Below, piece by piece: positions 13,661-26,556 of a stretch of 64,000 bases of DNA (positions are counted from its first letter, which is position 1; each line of letters starts with the position of its first letter). Below the pieces are notes generated by a model. That model was not told where the DNA came from and made no database searches. It saw only the letters and a list, made by a program, of their open reading frames with translations. The translations under genes were made by a program, and so were the position numbers. Source of the DNA: Mytilus californianus (Eukaryota); NCBI RefSeq assembly GCF_021869535.1, contig NW_026262676.1, forward strand, positions 1,798,001 through 1,862,000, given 5' to 3'.

Positions 13661-13830
13661 CGAGGAAGATCGCCACTCATGCTGACTGTTAGTAGAAGGC
13701 GTTTGTTGTCTAAGCCTGAAATGCTGAACTGTTGAGTACCCTCTTTTTCCATGGTCCAGTCGCCGCCTGATACAAGCTGACAATCTGTCTGGTTCCAGTT
13801 CATGATCAGCGTGTGAGGGTATGTTTTTCT
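13661..13830 (-). mobile_element. pogo/Tigger-like DDE_1 transposase fragment
   Basis: LIMNWNQTDCQLVSGGDWTMEKEGTQQFSISGLDNKR-LLLTVSMSGDLP resembles the N-x-D-Q-T-G...G-x-D-D-K-R-Q region of DDE_1 transposases; cut by the adjacent SINE. Confidence 0.7.
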
Positions 13831-14733
13831 CTTATGAACCTTCATTTTCTTGTGTCTGGTTTTCTGATGCAGATTTAAGCTTTTTTAGAAAGCTTAAAAA
13901 TTGAACTTTCAAAATTGATGCCAATGAAAAATAAATTTTATGATTTTTTACTGACAGGTAATCAAAATTTAAGATTTCCTTACACAATCTATAGTAAATT
14001 TATCGATATCCATTATGGTCAAATTTGACGCATGCGCAAAGCGGGTACTGATAATAGTTGCGTATTGGCAAGAAAACCTATTGTTTTTACCAAGATTACT
14101 TATTCCAAATAAATATTAAAAAAATATGCATTTGATTATTCCTGAGATATTCATTTATTAGGACAGTGGGTTCTAATAAAATTTTAATCCTGGTATCTAT
14201 AATGAGTTTATTTCCCCTGTATCCAAATGAACTAAATATAAAAATAAAATGTAAACGACTCGTCTTTAGAGATTTCCGGCGATTAAATATTTCATACAAT
14301 ATTTGACATCTTAGCCAACAGCACAGGTGATAATAAACTACAGAAGAATTTCTATGGAGCACTACTTCCTATGTGCAACTTCTAAATCTTTTGGGTGATT
14401 CGACGATCATTTAAGGTTTTTATGGTCATATTTTTTGTATTCCAGAATAAAAAGTATGAAAAAAGTGTTAAATTAGTTATGAATAACATAACAGCCAGCC
14501 AGATAACAACAGTGGCACATATTTCAGCATTTATTGGGTAGAACACAAATTTAGGGTGCTTGCATAAAGCAGCTTAACTGCTTAAAAATAAAACTGTTGT
14601 ATAATATGACAAAGGAAGCTTAAATGAAATGAATAATTCAAAACAAATAAAATTAATGTATATCGCTGTGCTGTGTAAATTAAAATTCTACTCATATTGA
14701 ATATTTAAAGCACATTTTGATTTTTTCATTTTA

Positions 14734-15060
14734 TCAATAGACTGAACCTTCCTTAGGTCTATTCAATGTAACACCGTAATGATTATCATCTGTTTGACTG
14801 CTGTTCACTTTCCAATGGTTGGTAAAACTTGTACCCAGCTGAACAGCCAATAGCATCCTTTCTTTGAAAACAACGTAAGACGACACTACGGAAATCTGTA
14901 AAATATAAGAAAAACAATATTTGCATAAGACACTGCATTTCACTGTCGTCATTATCCGTATGTTTGAAACTCAGTTGTATTGGAGGGTCGAATCCTACTG
15001 GAGGGACTTTACCAAAGCTCGTGATAAATATCAACAGTTTCTGCAGACCTTGTGGTTCAT
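14734..15060 (-). pseudogene. HECT E3 ligase C-lobe exon remnant (G2E3-like), frameshifted
   Basis: After acceptor ttttccag: LQKLLIFITSFGKVPPVGFDPPIQLSFKH...YAN(fs)C..ILQISVVSSYVVFKERMLLAVQLGTSF. The frameshift lies at the catalytic T-C motif. Confidence 0.7.
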
Positions 15061-15469
15061 CTGGAAAAATATTGTATACGATAAAATTATTTCACATCAA
15101 TCCAATGGCGAAGCATACGGTAGAATATTGAGGTAGTTGCCTCGGTGAAGAAAAATTATAATCCAATTATTTTAAACAGTTTCGACATGAGGCAGCAAAC
15201 CCGCCTCTTAATAGACTTATTGTCGGAATTGACTCGTATACGGATAGATGGTATCCTTAACAAATTCAAGACTTATTGAAACAATTATCTCCTCTAATTG
15301 AAAATTCACATTACGGTAGTTATAAGTAATCTAAAACATGAAATACATCGTGTCAAAATCGTGAATTCTCCAAGAAACCATGTTCCCTGTTCAAGCAAAA
15401 CTCCTCAAAGTGACATGAAATATCATAAAATACCTCTTCTGGAGAATATTCTAAGTATGAATATAGGCC

Positions 15470-15680
15470 GAAAATAAACTCATCATAGATACCGGGATGG
15501 AAATTTCATATATACGCCAGACGCGCGTTTCGTCTACAAAAGACTCATCAGTGACGCTCACATCAAAAAATGTTAAAATGGCCAAATAAAGTACGAAGTT
15601 AAAGAGCATTGAGGACTAAAAATTCCTAATAGTTTTGCCAAATACAGCTAAGGTAATCTATTCCTGAGGTAGGAAAGAAG
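15470..15680 (-). mobile_element. Retrozyme/Penelope-type non-autonomous repeat fragment
   Basis: Contains the hammerhead motif below; the flanking sequence is one I recall as a common Mytilus repeat (unverified). Confidence 0.55.
15514..15557 (-). ncRNA. Minimal type I hammerhead ribozyme
   Basis: GCGUCA-CUGAUGA-GUCU(UUUGU)AGAC-GAAA-CGCGCG-U-C-UGGCGU: full core, 6 bp stem I, 4 bp stem II, palindromic stem III ACGCGCGU. Confidence 0.85.
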
Positions 15681-17922
15681 AGAAAGGGTCTTTTCTCCCT
15701 TCAGATCCTGGATTGATAAAAAAAGCCACAACAGTGACACAATAGTGCTTATGGTCAAACCAAAGAAATAAATAGGTAGACCTCAGGGTATATCTTATTA
15801 CACTACTCATCAGACCTAGTAGGTAGGTAATCATAATTCCTCCGTTAGGTATACGTTTAAAACCACATTTAGCTACTTTTGATTTAAAATCTGTTGCTCA
15901 AGTTGAAACTTGCAAATGTCCTCCATGGGAACTTCCCAAACCAAAAATTATATTTGATCTCCGTGAACACAATAAAAATGAAACAAATCCTCTTTAAATG
16001 GTTGAGTTCCGCAATATCCGTTCCGGGTTTTTTTCCGTTTACGTTCCGATCATTAGAATTTACAGATTTTCACTTCCGGGACGTTCCATTTTACGCAGGA
16101 AAATTCATAACAAGCCATTCATCACAGTATAACAGAAAGGAGAGCGACCATGTATTAATTCTATTCAACAAGTTACGTTAATTTATGGTAAGGTTAAGAT
16201 TTATTAGTATGCTTCTTGTCATAAATGTGATAGTAAAGCGTAAAAAGCACGAAATTGGAATCAATACATGTGAAAACAAGATGTTGTTTTTCTTCAACCA
16301 ACATGATTTAAAGACAAATTCTTACACATATATCCGTGTTTGTTTGTTTGAAATCCACATTTTGAACATCTGTGCCTCATAATCATCAGATTTTTTTCGA
16401 AAAACATAAGAAAGCTTTAAAATGGTTAAGGAGAATCCTCATAAAATGATAAATACTATAAATTAATAGGATATATTATATCCAAAATTGGGTACATGTA
16501 TCATTACTATCAGATTACCAACTATTTAGTGTTAAAAAAAATTGTATATCTTCATAATACCTGTCATAATGCAAATATTCATTTACATGGCAAAGTTTTT
16601 CCCTTTAAGTTTAAGACCATAGTTCAAATGAGAACTTTTAAATACAAATCCTACTTTTTTCTTTTATTTGGATATACATGTACATTTTTTAATTTGCATT
16701 TATTGTTTAAAAGAAACGCACTACAAAATAACTATGTTCTTGGGCCAGCTGTTAACTTTGTTCCTGATGATCATATTCAGCATGTTCAGTTATGTTGTCT
16801 TTAGGCAAAATGAAGTCCCTTACCCGAATGCGTGCACCACAACAGAAAATATCTTTGAATCCAAAGCTTATATTTTTATCAATGAAAATTTGTTGGGTAT
16901 AACATGTATAATACCCATTAATGAGGATAGAACCCATTTATAAGGATCCAGATCCTCCCAAACCTTTATAATATTATGGATTAACTCATGTGCATGTAAC
17001 ATGATTAATTCCCTGATAAACATGTTAATATTTAACATGTACAAAGTCTTTAAAATAAGTGAAAATTTTGTGAATTCAAATTTTCTCGCTCATAACAGGA
17101 TATAAATGTTTGGCAAAGCCATGTTTTCTACCTGTTTGTAAGCCTTGTACAAATAAAATTTACATTTCGAGTCAGTTAATGGTTATTTTATTGATATCTA
17201 CACATATAAAAATAAAGAGATGTGTAATCAACATGATCAATGCCAATGAGGCAAAAATCCACCAAAGTTCAAATGACGTGGATTTAAGCAATTATAGGCA
17301 ACCGTACAGCCTTCAACATATATTGACAAAACCCATACTCTCTAGTCACTTATAAAAAGCCATGACAGTAAAGTTATGAAACAATTCAATTGAGAAAAGT
17401 TACCAACCTAATTTTTAACAAATTTTGTCAAAACAAATTACCATATGAAATGTGACAATTATCAACCAATGACAACTACTGAACTACAAGCTCCTGACAA
17501 GCACAAGCTGCAATTGAAAAAGGGCTCAACTCATAGGGTTGATTTAAAGCAGAAAATACATCATACAAAATCAGACAGGAGGTGGCCGTTTATTTATACA
17601 TCACTCCCGTCTTCCCACTTACAAATATGTAACTACAGGCCTGTAAAACTCATTTGAACATGCCAATGGAATCTTTATAAAATTTTCATAAAGTTCAGAA
17701 GTTTATCGTCAAGGCTGTGACATTCACAAGAAAAAAAGACACAAAGTTTAGTAATGAGTTGTACATCTTTATGACTGTCTTCAGGCTTGACCACAAGTCA
17801 TACGGCCCAGGCTTGTAAAAATGCTTTCAGGCTTGTAAAATTCTTCTGTACAACTAAAATTTTCAAAAAATTGAGCTTCAAGCTTGTGGCCTCAAAAGTG
17901 TACCGTGAAGACTGTTATGATA

Positions 17923-18396
17923 ATTAGGGCCACGCCGAATGGCGGACGCCCTATAGTGATCAGTCTGTCCGTCCGTCCGTAACAAATTGTGTCCGCTCTA
18001 TATCTGGAGAACCGTTATGACTTCAAAGTTTATACTTGACATGTATATTAACCAACACCAGAGGGTGTGTCATCATTTATGTACAACTTCCTAGGTCAAA
18101 GGTCAAGGTCAAAAACTTTGGTATTAGTTGACAACCCCATGTCCTATGGTAAAGATTTTGTCCGCTCTATATCTTGAGAACCGTTATGATTTCAAAGTTT
18201 ATACTTGACATGTATATAAACCAACACCAGAGGGTGTGTCATAATTTATGTACAGCTTCCTAGGTCAAAGGTCAAGGTCATAAACTTCGGTTTCAGTTGA
18301 CAACCCCATGTCCAATGATAAAGATACAAATTTTTTACCACACATTATTCACAGCGGGGCCTACAGAGATGGCTCCCATCTCAATGATATATAGTT
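17923..18396 (+). mobile_element. Helentron-type non-autonomous element (HINE/pearl-like)
   Basis: 5' hairpin TAGGGC..GCCCTA, (GTCC)n microsatellite, two ~170 bp central repeats (anchors 17991 and 18161), 3' palindrome GAGATGG-CTC-CCATCTC. Confidence 0.8.
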
Positions 18397-18517
18397 ATTT
18401 TAATTGTACTGTGTAAAATCTTGATATTTTAAATTATTTGAGAAAAATATTATGCTTTGAAAAATTTGAAAATTTCTAGTGAGCGATAAGAGTTTAATAA
18501 TTTTTTTTTTCAGAGTT

Positions 18518-20247
18518 ATGTCATCAGATTCAGAGTCAGAATGTCAAGAAGAACAGCTGTCATTGGCAGAACTGTCAAAATGGAAAGATCCGGAATTAAA
18601 GGATTGGTTGGAAAAGCGAAATTTAAAGAAATCAGGTTTAAAGGATACATTAGTCAAACGTGTATATAGGGCAATGTCAAATGGGGACTCAGACTTTTCA
18701 GAAGAAGAAAGTTTTCCAGTTATTCCAATTGATTTAGTTTCAAATCCATGGAAACCACTAGACTTTACTGATATTCCAGAAATATCCATTAAAGATGTTG
18801 ACAGCTATTTCATGTACCACAAAAATCCCACAACTGGGGAGAGTACCAATTTTGAAAGGCAAATGAAAAAGGCAAAAAGATTGTGCAACGAAGGATTCAT
18901 AAGAGACATTGAATATAATCCTATTAATCAAGGATCAGAACATAATTATTTTAGGAGTAAATGTATGCCTTCTATGAGACAAATTGTACAAGTCGGAGAC
19001 ACTGGAAATACTGCAAAGTACTATTCACTGCATATAAGTACCATCAAAGTCACTGGCCTAATTGTTAGTGCTTTTTGTAACTGTAAAGCAGGGGGAGCAG
19101 GGCTATGTGCACACGTAGGTGCACTTCTGTACACACTTGTTAAGACAAAAGATGCATGTACATCTAATGCATGTGGATGGGATAGACCTAGGCCACTACA
19201 AAGAAAACCAAGTCCAAAACGAGTGTGTGACATTAAATTTGTTAAAACTGAAAAAGAACAAAAAGCTGAAAAAATAAAACCATACCCTGGAGTATATCAA
19301 GCTGGACCTTGTAGAGAAGAAGGCAATTTATTCTTGCATGATATATTAGATGGACTAAAGGATGTGTACCCCGAGTGTGTACTTTATCAGACTTTGCGGC
19401 CAGAACATGCAAACATTGATACATTTTTAGATCTATTTCAAACCAATTTAACTTATATGGATAATGTTATTATCAAATCAGCAGAATGTTTAAACGTATT
19501 TGAAGCGTTTGTTAACAGCTTGATGGTCACTTCCAAGATTAGTGAGAATTTAGAGAAAGCTACAAGGGGTCAGCATTTTAATGTAAATTGGAAGAAGGCC
19601 AGAAGTGTATTAATTACAGCTTCAGTAATGGGGGAAGTTGTCAAGCGAAAAAAATTTGAGCCTGATAACTTGGTGAAAAAATTGTGTGAGTACATTACGA
19701 TACCAGATGCAGTGAAAAGTCTTCAATATGGGCGCAAAAATGAAGCTGTTGCAATTGGGGATTATACAGGTCACACTTGAAAACTTGTGATGATGTCCGT
19801 ATCGAATCATGTGGACTGTTAGTAAATCCCACCTATCCCTATCTTGGTGCAAGTATTGATGGTCTAGTGGTATGTTCTAAGTGTGGAACTGGCATTGTTG
19901 AAGTGAAGTGTCGTTATGGCTCTGATGTTAATGACAAACCTTGGAGAAATATGCTTCCCATTGAATGTGGCAAGGACAAAAAATTCTTTTGTACAGAGAG
20001 AGACTCTAAGCTTTATCTTGATGAAAATCACAATTATATGTATCAAGTACAAGGTCAGCTAGCACTGTATGAACTAGATTGGGCAGATTTTGTTGTTTGG
20101 ACAAAGAAAGGGATAAATGTTCAAAGAATAAACTTTTCACAAACTCTTTGGGATGAAATGTTACCCAAGTTAAAGAACTTCTATGTAAGTGGAATTGTTA
20201 CAGAACTTTTTACAAGAAGAGTAAGGAGAGGAAAGTCTCTTTATTAG
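18518..20247 (+). pseudogene. SAP-SWIM-YqaJ (lambda exonuclease-like) protein, accessory gene of ISL2EU/Kolobok-type DNA transposons; one frameshift
   Basis: SAP (LKDWLEKRNLKKSGLKDTLVKRV), SWIM (CNCKAGGAGLCAHV), YqaJ (TRGQ..W..AR..ITAS, YGRKNE, GASIDG, EVKC, YQVQGQ). Frameshift at about 19775 (extra AC). Acceptor ttttcag just before ATG 18518. Confidence 0.85.
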
Positions 20248-20337
20248 AATATTAAGTCAGATTTTTACTTTAAATGTTTGATTGAACCTTCATGACTTAT
20301 TCATGTTATTTATGACATTCTTTTTTCTTCATTATAT

Positions 20338-20810
20338 AAAAAAGAAGATGTGGTATGATTGCCAATGAGACAACTCTCCACAACAGACCAAAATGACACA
20401 GAAATTAACAACTATAGGTCACCGTACGGCCTTCAACAATGAGCAAAGCCCATACCGCATAGTCAGCTATAAAAGGCCCCGAAATGACAATGTAAAAACA
20501 ATTCAAACGAGAAAACTAACAGCCTTTTTTAAGTACAAAAAATTAACGAAAAACAAATATGTAACACATAAACAAACGACAACCACTGAATTACAGGCTC
20601 CTGACTTGGGACAGGCACATACATACATAATGTGGCGGGGTTAAAAATGTAAGCGGGATCCCAACCCTCCCCCCAACCTGGGACAGTGGTATAACAGTAC
20701 AACATAAAAATCAGTTGAAAAAGGCTTAACTCATCAGATGGACAAAAATACAAGTGGACGTGGCCAGGTACTTGTACATTCCAACAAGAAAAAGACACTA
20801 GGTACAGATC
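20338..20810 (+). repeat. Unclassified interspersed repeat (long copy)
   Basis: The first ~190 bp are near-identical to 37870-38060 (AAAGAAGATGTGGTATGATTG...CGAGAAAACTAA). Confidence 0.8.
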
Positions 20811-21194
20811 TGAGAGTACTTTTCAAAATTAATATTACTATTTTCTACATAAAAATCTAGAATGTTTATGATGACTTCTACTGGTATGTACATGTATAAG
20901 TAAAATATATATAGAATCATCTGTGTTGAAATATAACCAACGTGTATAGTTCGTACATGTATGTGTAAAAGAAAACAGTTTTATTGTCTTTTACTTCTGT
21001 CCCAGAAAGCAAAACATAGTGATAGTGACGCCATGAAACAATATTACAGAAGGTAGATGATTTAAAATACTTTGTATTAGATACCTTATGTTACAAAATT
21101 TACATCTGTCATATGTCAAACGTCCTTGACCATACATGTATATGCATGTTGACCTCATTTTCATGGTTAGGTGATTGTTTAGAAAAAAGCTAAG

Positions 21195-21265
21195 AACTTG
21201 TTCTCGTCCTGAATATGCATTAACTATTTGCCACTGGACGTTAAGCAACCAACAATCAATCAATC
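21195..21265 (+). mobile_element. SINE 3' tail fragment
   Basis: AACTTGTTCTCGTCCTGAATATGC...GGACGTTAAGCAACCAA(CAAT)n. Confidence 0.85.
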
Positions 21266-21489
21266 TGTCTGCCACGACTACTATACTTTGGAGAAGCTGG
21301 TTCCGTTTCAACCTTGTGAACATTTTCATCTGTATATCAGTGAAATCAAACCGTGTAATCAATCCAAATTGATTGATCTAATGTTTGTTCTGTTAATTGT
21401 TCTTCTTGAACTGGAGCATCAAATGTATCATCACGGGTGTTAAGTGATTTTAAATGGTCCACATGGACCACTTTAAGTTTTGAATTTTG

Positions 21490-22130
21490 ACAATCCTCAA
21501 TTTCGTAGGTTAAATCAGACAATTTTCTACTAATTTTGTAAGGACCAATCTAACCCAAACCAAGTTTTTGTTTGCTTTTGGTGGATACCATCTGAGAACT
21601 GTATTCCCAATTTCAAATTGTCTGTGTTTTAGTCTACAATCATAGTATTTTTTCTGTCTATGAAAATTTGACTGCAAATTTTCATGAACTTTATCGAAAG
21701 CTCTTTGCATGGCGTCGCGCATCCATTCAATGTATAAATTTGGACAGAAACTAAAATTTTCATCTTGGTTTAACCCGGTTAAGATATCAATTGGTAAAGA
21801 TATTTCGCGTCCGAGCATTGGAAATTTGGACTGCATTTCGTACTTTCGTGGGTACATGCTCTGTATGCCATTGTAACATAAGGGAGGTGGCTATCCCAAT
21901 CATCTTTATTTTCATTAACAAACATTGATAAAATTTGTTGTAGGGTCCCATTGTAGCGCTTTACCATACCGTCTGACTGTGGGTGATAGGGAGTGCTTCT
22001 AGTTTTCTCGATTTACTTGCGAAAAGTTTGGACTCGAACTCACGTCCCTGATCAGTATGTATACGGCATGGCGCCCCGAACCGAGAAATAAATTATGTTA
22101 CGAGCTTGTCGGCCACTGTCTGAGCACAAT
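21490..22130 (-). mobile_element. Gypsy LTR retrotransposon integrase remnant
   Basis: FISRFGAPCRIHTDQGREFES, PYHPQSDGMVKRYNGTL, WDSHLPYVTMAYR, MLGREISLP, RQKKYYD. Stops and frameshifts; cut by a SINE at 22137. Confidence 0.9.
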
Positions 22131-22136
22131 AATTAA

Positions 22137-22390
22137 CCCAAGGGTGACTTGGGAATAGAAGTATGGTCACCATTGGTCTTCCTCCGACTTGCTAAAGTGG
22201 GGCGTCCGTTTGGCTGTGCGGGATGTACAAATTTGCAGCCACGTCCGGTCAGAATGGGGACGTTAAATCCGATGCCTCGTGTAAAGAGAGTGCCACGCCC
22301 TTTGCACGTTAAGAACCCTTGCAACAACTCTTTGAGGGGTCCGTAGGTGACATGTTGCAAGGCTAAATTTCTGTCCTTATCCAATATACC
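22137..22390 (+). mobile_element. SINE, 3'-truncated, with internal deletion
   Basis: Starts CCCAAGGGTGAC; lacks the tail and the CGGCAGTAAAACC segment. Confidence 0.9.
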
Positions 22391-24641
22391 AATAAACTTT
22401 TCCATCTTTAGAGAATAATTGTTCCCAGCACATGAATTACTTTCCTATGACATACTGGATTTGTGTAAAAGTGGAGACTAGAAGGATTTCAGGGAAAGAT
22501 GTCTAATTTAGTTTTGACATTTAACTTTGCATCCTTCTTATACAGGATTCTTGTTGACTGGAAGTTCTAATCTTAATAAGTCAAAAACAAGAAATTCATT
22601 TTAATATCAATATATATATTATTTTTTTTAAATATTTCATAATAAAATAAACGAGTTATCATGTTACCAGACATTATCCTACTGTAATAGTTGACATATA
22701 TAACGGAGTATTTGCCTCATCAAAGAACATTTATGGCCCCTTCAATCCTGGTCACGTGGCCGAAATAACTAGTAGCCTTGATGCTGGTATAATTTGAGAG
22801 GATAAAAAAATGTATAGAAGCTCAACAAATAGCGAAACGTGATCGCAACTATACCTTAAAATGTCCACATGCTAGATAAAGTCATTATGCGATTAAGTAA
22901 TGTAAAGAAATTTTAACTCCGTTTCATTAAAACAAATGGTGGAAGAAAAAAACTCACACAAGATCAAAGTCATATGTGCAACAACTACAAGCACAATCTG
23001 TATTAGAATATGCCGCTTTCTTAGTCTTTTAAAGGATTCCACATTCAGTTTCTTATAGTTTATTTTTTTCTGTACATGCCGAAAGAAGGGGATAATGGTC
23101 AAAATCAAAGAGAACAAATATAACATTTGATACCGTAAAAAGACTTCGGGAAAGAGAACATATCATAACAAAACAGCTATCACTTTTAACAAGAGCACAA
23201 GGACATGTTAGCATCGGAAATAAAGGATCTAAATGACAGTGAGGAAAACGGAAGTGAGAATGTTATACTTACACACGAAGACCCACAAAATGAAAGAAGA
23301 AAACTCATTTATTTATCTTTGCGTTACATATAATATTCATTTGTTTCTTGGTTTTCAGAAAATTCATTTGTGGATGGTTCTGGATTTGGCACAGGATTAG
23401 ATTTTGGACTCCTTCCTAATCCTGTTTAGACATAGCGTTACTCGTGATACTAAAGGTAATGATGACACTAATGAGTACTACTGAAACAAAAATCGTATTT
23501 TTTTGTGAAGGCTCTTAAATGGATATTCTAAAAATATTAACGAAACAATATGTTTCATGTTAATTTTGTTACTCTAATGAACGTAATTTGGCATTAAAAC
23601 ACTAATTTTTGTTTAACCAATGTTCATTAACTTTATAAGGAATGTGTACTTCACGGTCATGTGATGTAAACCGTGTAGGTGGAATTAAGTCACTGCCCGT
23701 ACACATTTAAAGATTTCTGTTTAATCCACGTATTAATTCATAGAGTTAATCTAGTCTTTTTTTCACATAAATATGAGCATGCCTACTTGTTAGGTTAGCT
23801 TTGAATTGTGCATATGAGCGGTTTGCATTTGACCGTGTTGATTATAAAAATGGATTCTACATATAAAAACAACGATAACACTATATTGGGCATCAAAATA
23901 TCGTCCGATCGTATTTTACATACAAAATACATCATATTCTTGAAATACTTTTTTTTGGAAAACCGTAGATACTGCCTCTTAGTTGAAAAACAACTAAAAA
24001 ATTTGAAATTATGGTTGTTTTTTTTTGCAATGAATACTCTTATTATAATAATCTTAGGCATATCGGGGGGGGGGGGGGGGCGCCTTTGTGGGAAAAATTT
24101 TGGTTGGTTATATAGAAAATCACTGGAATGGGCCCCCCTCTCCCCTCTTATAAAAAGTTCTGCATCAGCCAATGATAATAACTTTACATTTTCATTCTGA
24201 ACAGCTAACTAAAGCATCACATGAATTAGAAAAGATTCCCCCAGAAAAGGATTTATAAACACATGAACAACAAATTCATTCTTCAATGACCATTTCATTT
24301 TAATGCCCTTTTCCGCATATATAATACTAGTAACTGCTATTGGAATGGATGGGACAGAGGTTGTTAAACCTATGAACAGCGAGATAGGGACAAAGTGCCG
24401 AGCTATAAAAGAAAATAGACAGTCAAAATAATTTGTTAAATGGATATACGTTGAATATTTAAGTTTCTTGTGAGATATATATGTGAAATTAGTATCATTA
24501 AAATGGATAATAATACATATCATGCTTTTTGACCAACATGCCCAACAGGATGTTAGTTTGTGTACTTGTATATATATAGGACATTGCTTTTGCTAAGATT
24601 TGCTGCAACTAAATATAAAAGTTAAATAAACCATAAACTTA

Positions 24642-25080
24642 ATATGGCTATCAGAGGTTTACGAGAAATTCATTGCAAATAATATGTGGCTATCAGGGGT
24701 TCGCCAGAAGTTCGCCACAAACTATATATGGCTATCACAGGTTCGCCAGAAGTTCACCGCAAACTGCATATGGCTATCAGAGGTTCGCCAGAAGTTAACC
24801 GCAAACTATATATTGCAATCCAATGTTCGCCAGAAGTTCACCAAAAACTAAACATGGTTATCAGAGGTTCGCCGCAAGGTTCCCGCAAACGTATTTGCAT
24901 ATTATAGAAACCTGTTGATTGGTTGTAAAATTATGCCAGAAGTTCGCTGCAAAATATATATGGTAAAAAGAAGTCGCCGCAGATCTGCCGAAAACCTCAT
25001 TTGCATGGTAAAAAGTCGCGGCGAGGTTGCCGCAAACTGTTTGCGGCAAATCTGCCGCAGACGTTCGCCAGAAGCCAGAT
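24642..25080. repeat. 42 bp minisatellite (6 units) followed by degenerate GCCGCAAAC units and a palindrome
   Basis: The TGGCTATC-like anchor recurs at 24645, 24687, 24729, 24771, 24813 and 24855; TTGCCGCAAAC-T-GTTTGCGGCAA near 25027-25049. Confidence 0.85.
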
Positions 25081-26299
25081 TTTTAGGTAAGGGAATGTTT
25101 GAACACCCGATTATTGCTGATATTTTAAGATGCTAGCCTCACGGTTTCCCTTGAGTGTATAATAAGTTAGTTAGACAAGACATTGCAAATGGCCTACGCA
25201 ACAGATCGTGGTTTCACATTGTCAATGAAAGGGTACAGAAATTACAGGAAACATACCAGTTCTATTTGGGTAAGTTTCATTAAGTTAGGAACACTTTGAT
25301 TATTTTAGGATTTTTGCTGTTTCCATGAAAACGGCAGCCATCTTGTGCATTCAAATGTCAGGTGCACAACCTCACATGCTGGTCCACATTATGGTATAGT
25401 TCCATTTAATTCCAAGAAATGTGTGGAATAAGAATTAGAAGAAGAAAAAGAAACGAAGAATAAATAACTCCGTGGGGTGCCATAATTATAACAACAGTAC
25501 AAATTAACAGAAAAGTACGGTTTGAAAGTAAACGCTACTGTAAAGTTACTGAAAGTAATTCCTTGTGGGGTTGAATCTTTACGGGTACGTCTAAACACTG
25601 CTCATGACCTCCTGAGTGCACTCAGGACATACAAAGTGCACTCAGGACCCTTTATAGGCATCGTATTTGCACACAGGATGGCTGTATATATTCGTTACAT
25701 GCTCACTTTTTTAAGAGTTAAATTTTGGTAGAATTTGAAATCGAACTTAGATAGATATGTCAATTCTTATAAAATAATGAGGGCACGTGTCACTGATTAC
25801 ACAACTACTGAGCCGTGAATTATTCAATCAACAAAATTGATTGGATTATCTTTATTGTTGTTTATGAATTGTGTTGTTAGTACCGTGATACGTTTAAAAT
25901 TAATAACACGATGTTTTAAGTTTTTAGTGATTGTTTAATGTAGTTAAATTTAAATTATGCATAGTAAATTTTACGTTTATGGAGAAAAAAATTTAAAAAA
26001 AAATTTCTATGGATACCTATGGGTCTTCAGAACGCTGGCACTGTTGTACCATATTATAGTCTGCTCTACTTCATCATTGTTGTATTCAGTTGTATTTAAA
26101 TTATCATATTTGGGTATTATTTCGGTGTTCTTTTTCAGTTTATTTTTCACATGATGACGGCTAAATTTATTTTGTTGTGGTCTGCAGTTCATGCATAAAG
26201 AAAATAAAAAAATCGTGTTATTTTATAGTTGCCGTTTTTCTGTAACAAGTTCGATTTTTTGTTTTTCTTTGGGATTTTTTTTTCTCTCTCCAAATCTTC

Positions 26300-26556
26300 G
26301 CCACGCTCTTTGCACGTTAAGAACCCTTGCAACAACTCTTTGAGGGGTCCGTAGGTGACCTGTTGCAAGGCTAAATTTCTGTCCCTATCCAATATACCCT
26401 CATTTCCCGCGGCACTCTAAATTTCTCCGACCTTAATCCCGGACGCCACTCTTACAGAACCTACCTATTGTATTTATTGTTAATTTGTTCTCGTCCTGAA
26501 TATGCATGAAATATTTGCCACTGGACGTTAAGCAACCAACAATCAATCAATCAATC
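26300..26556 (+). mobile_element. SINE, 5'-truncated
   Basis: Body from GCCACGCTCTTTGCACG through the (CAAT)n tail. Confidence 0.9.

Noticed and set aside
16730-16940. THAP-transposase partner for the YqaJ gene (EHSY motif on the minus strand)
   Set aside because: A single 4-residue motif; no THAP cysteines or DDE core found.
21490-22130. Gypsy integrase fragment as part of the TatD-bearing element
   Set aside because: It lies downstream of that element's 3' LTR, about 9 kb away, so the order is incompatible.
24686-24907. 14-aa repeat protein (MAIRGSPEV...)
   Set aside because: A 42 bp minisatellite gives an in-frame repeat automatically; no splice or start context supports coding.
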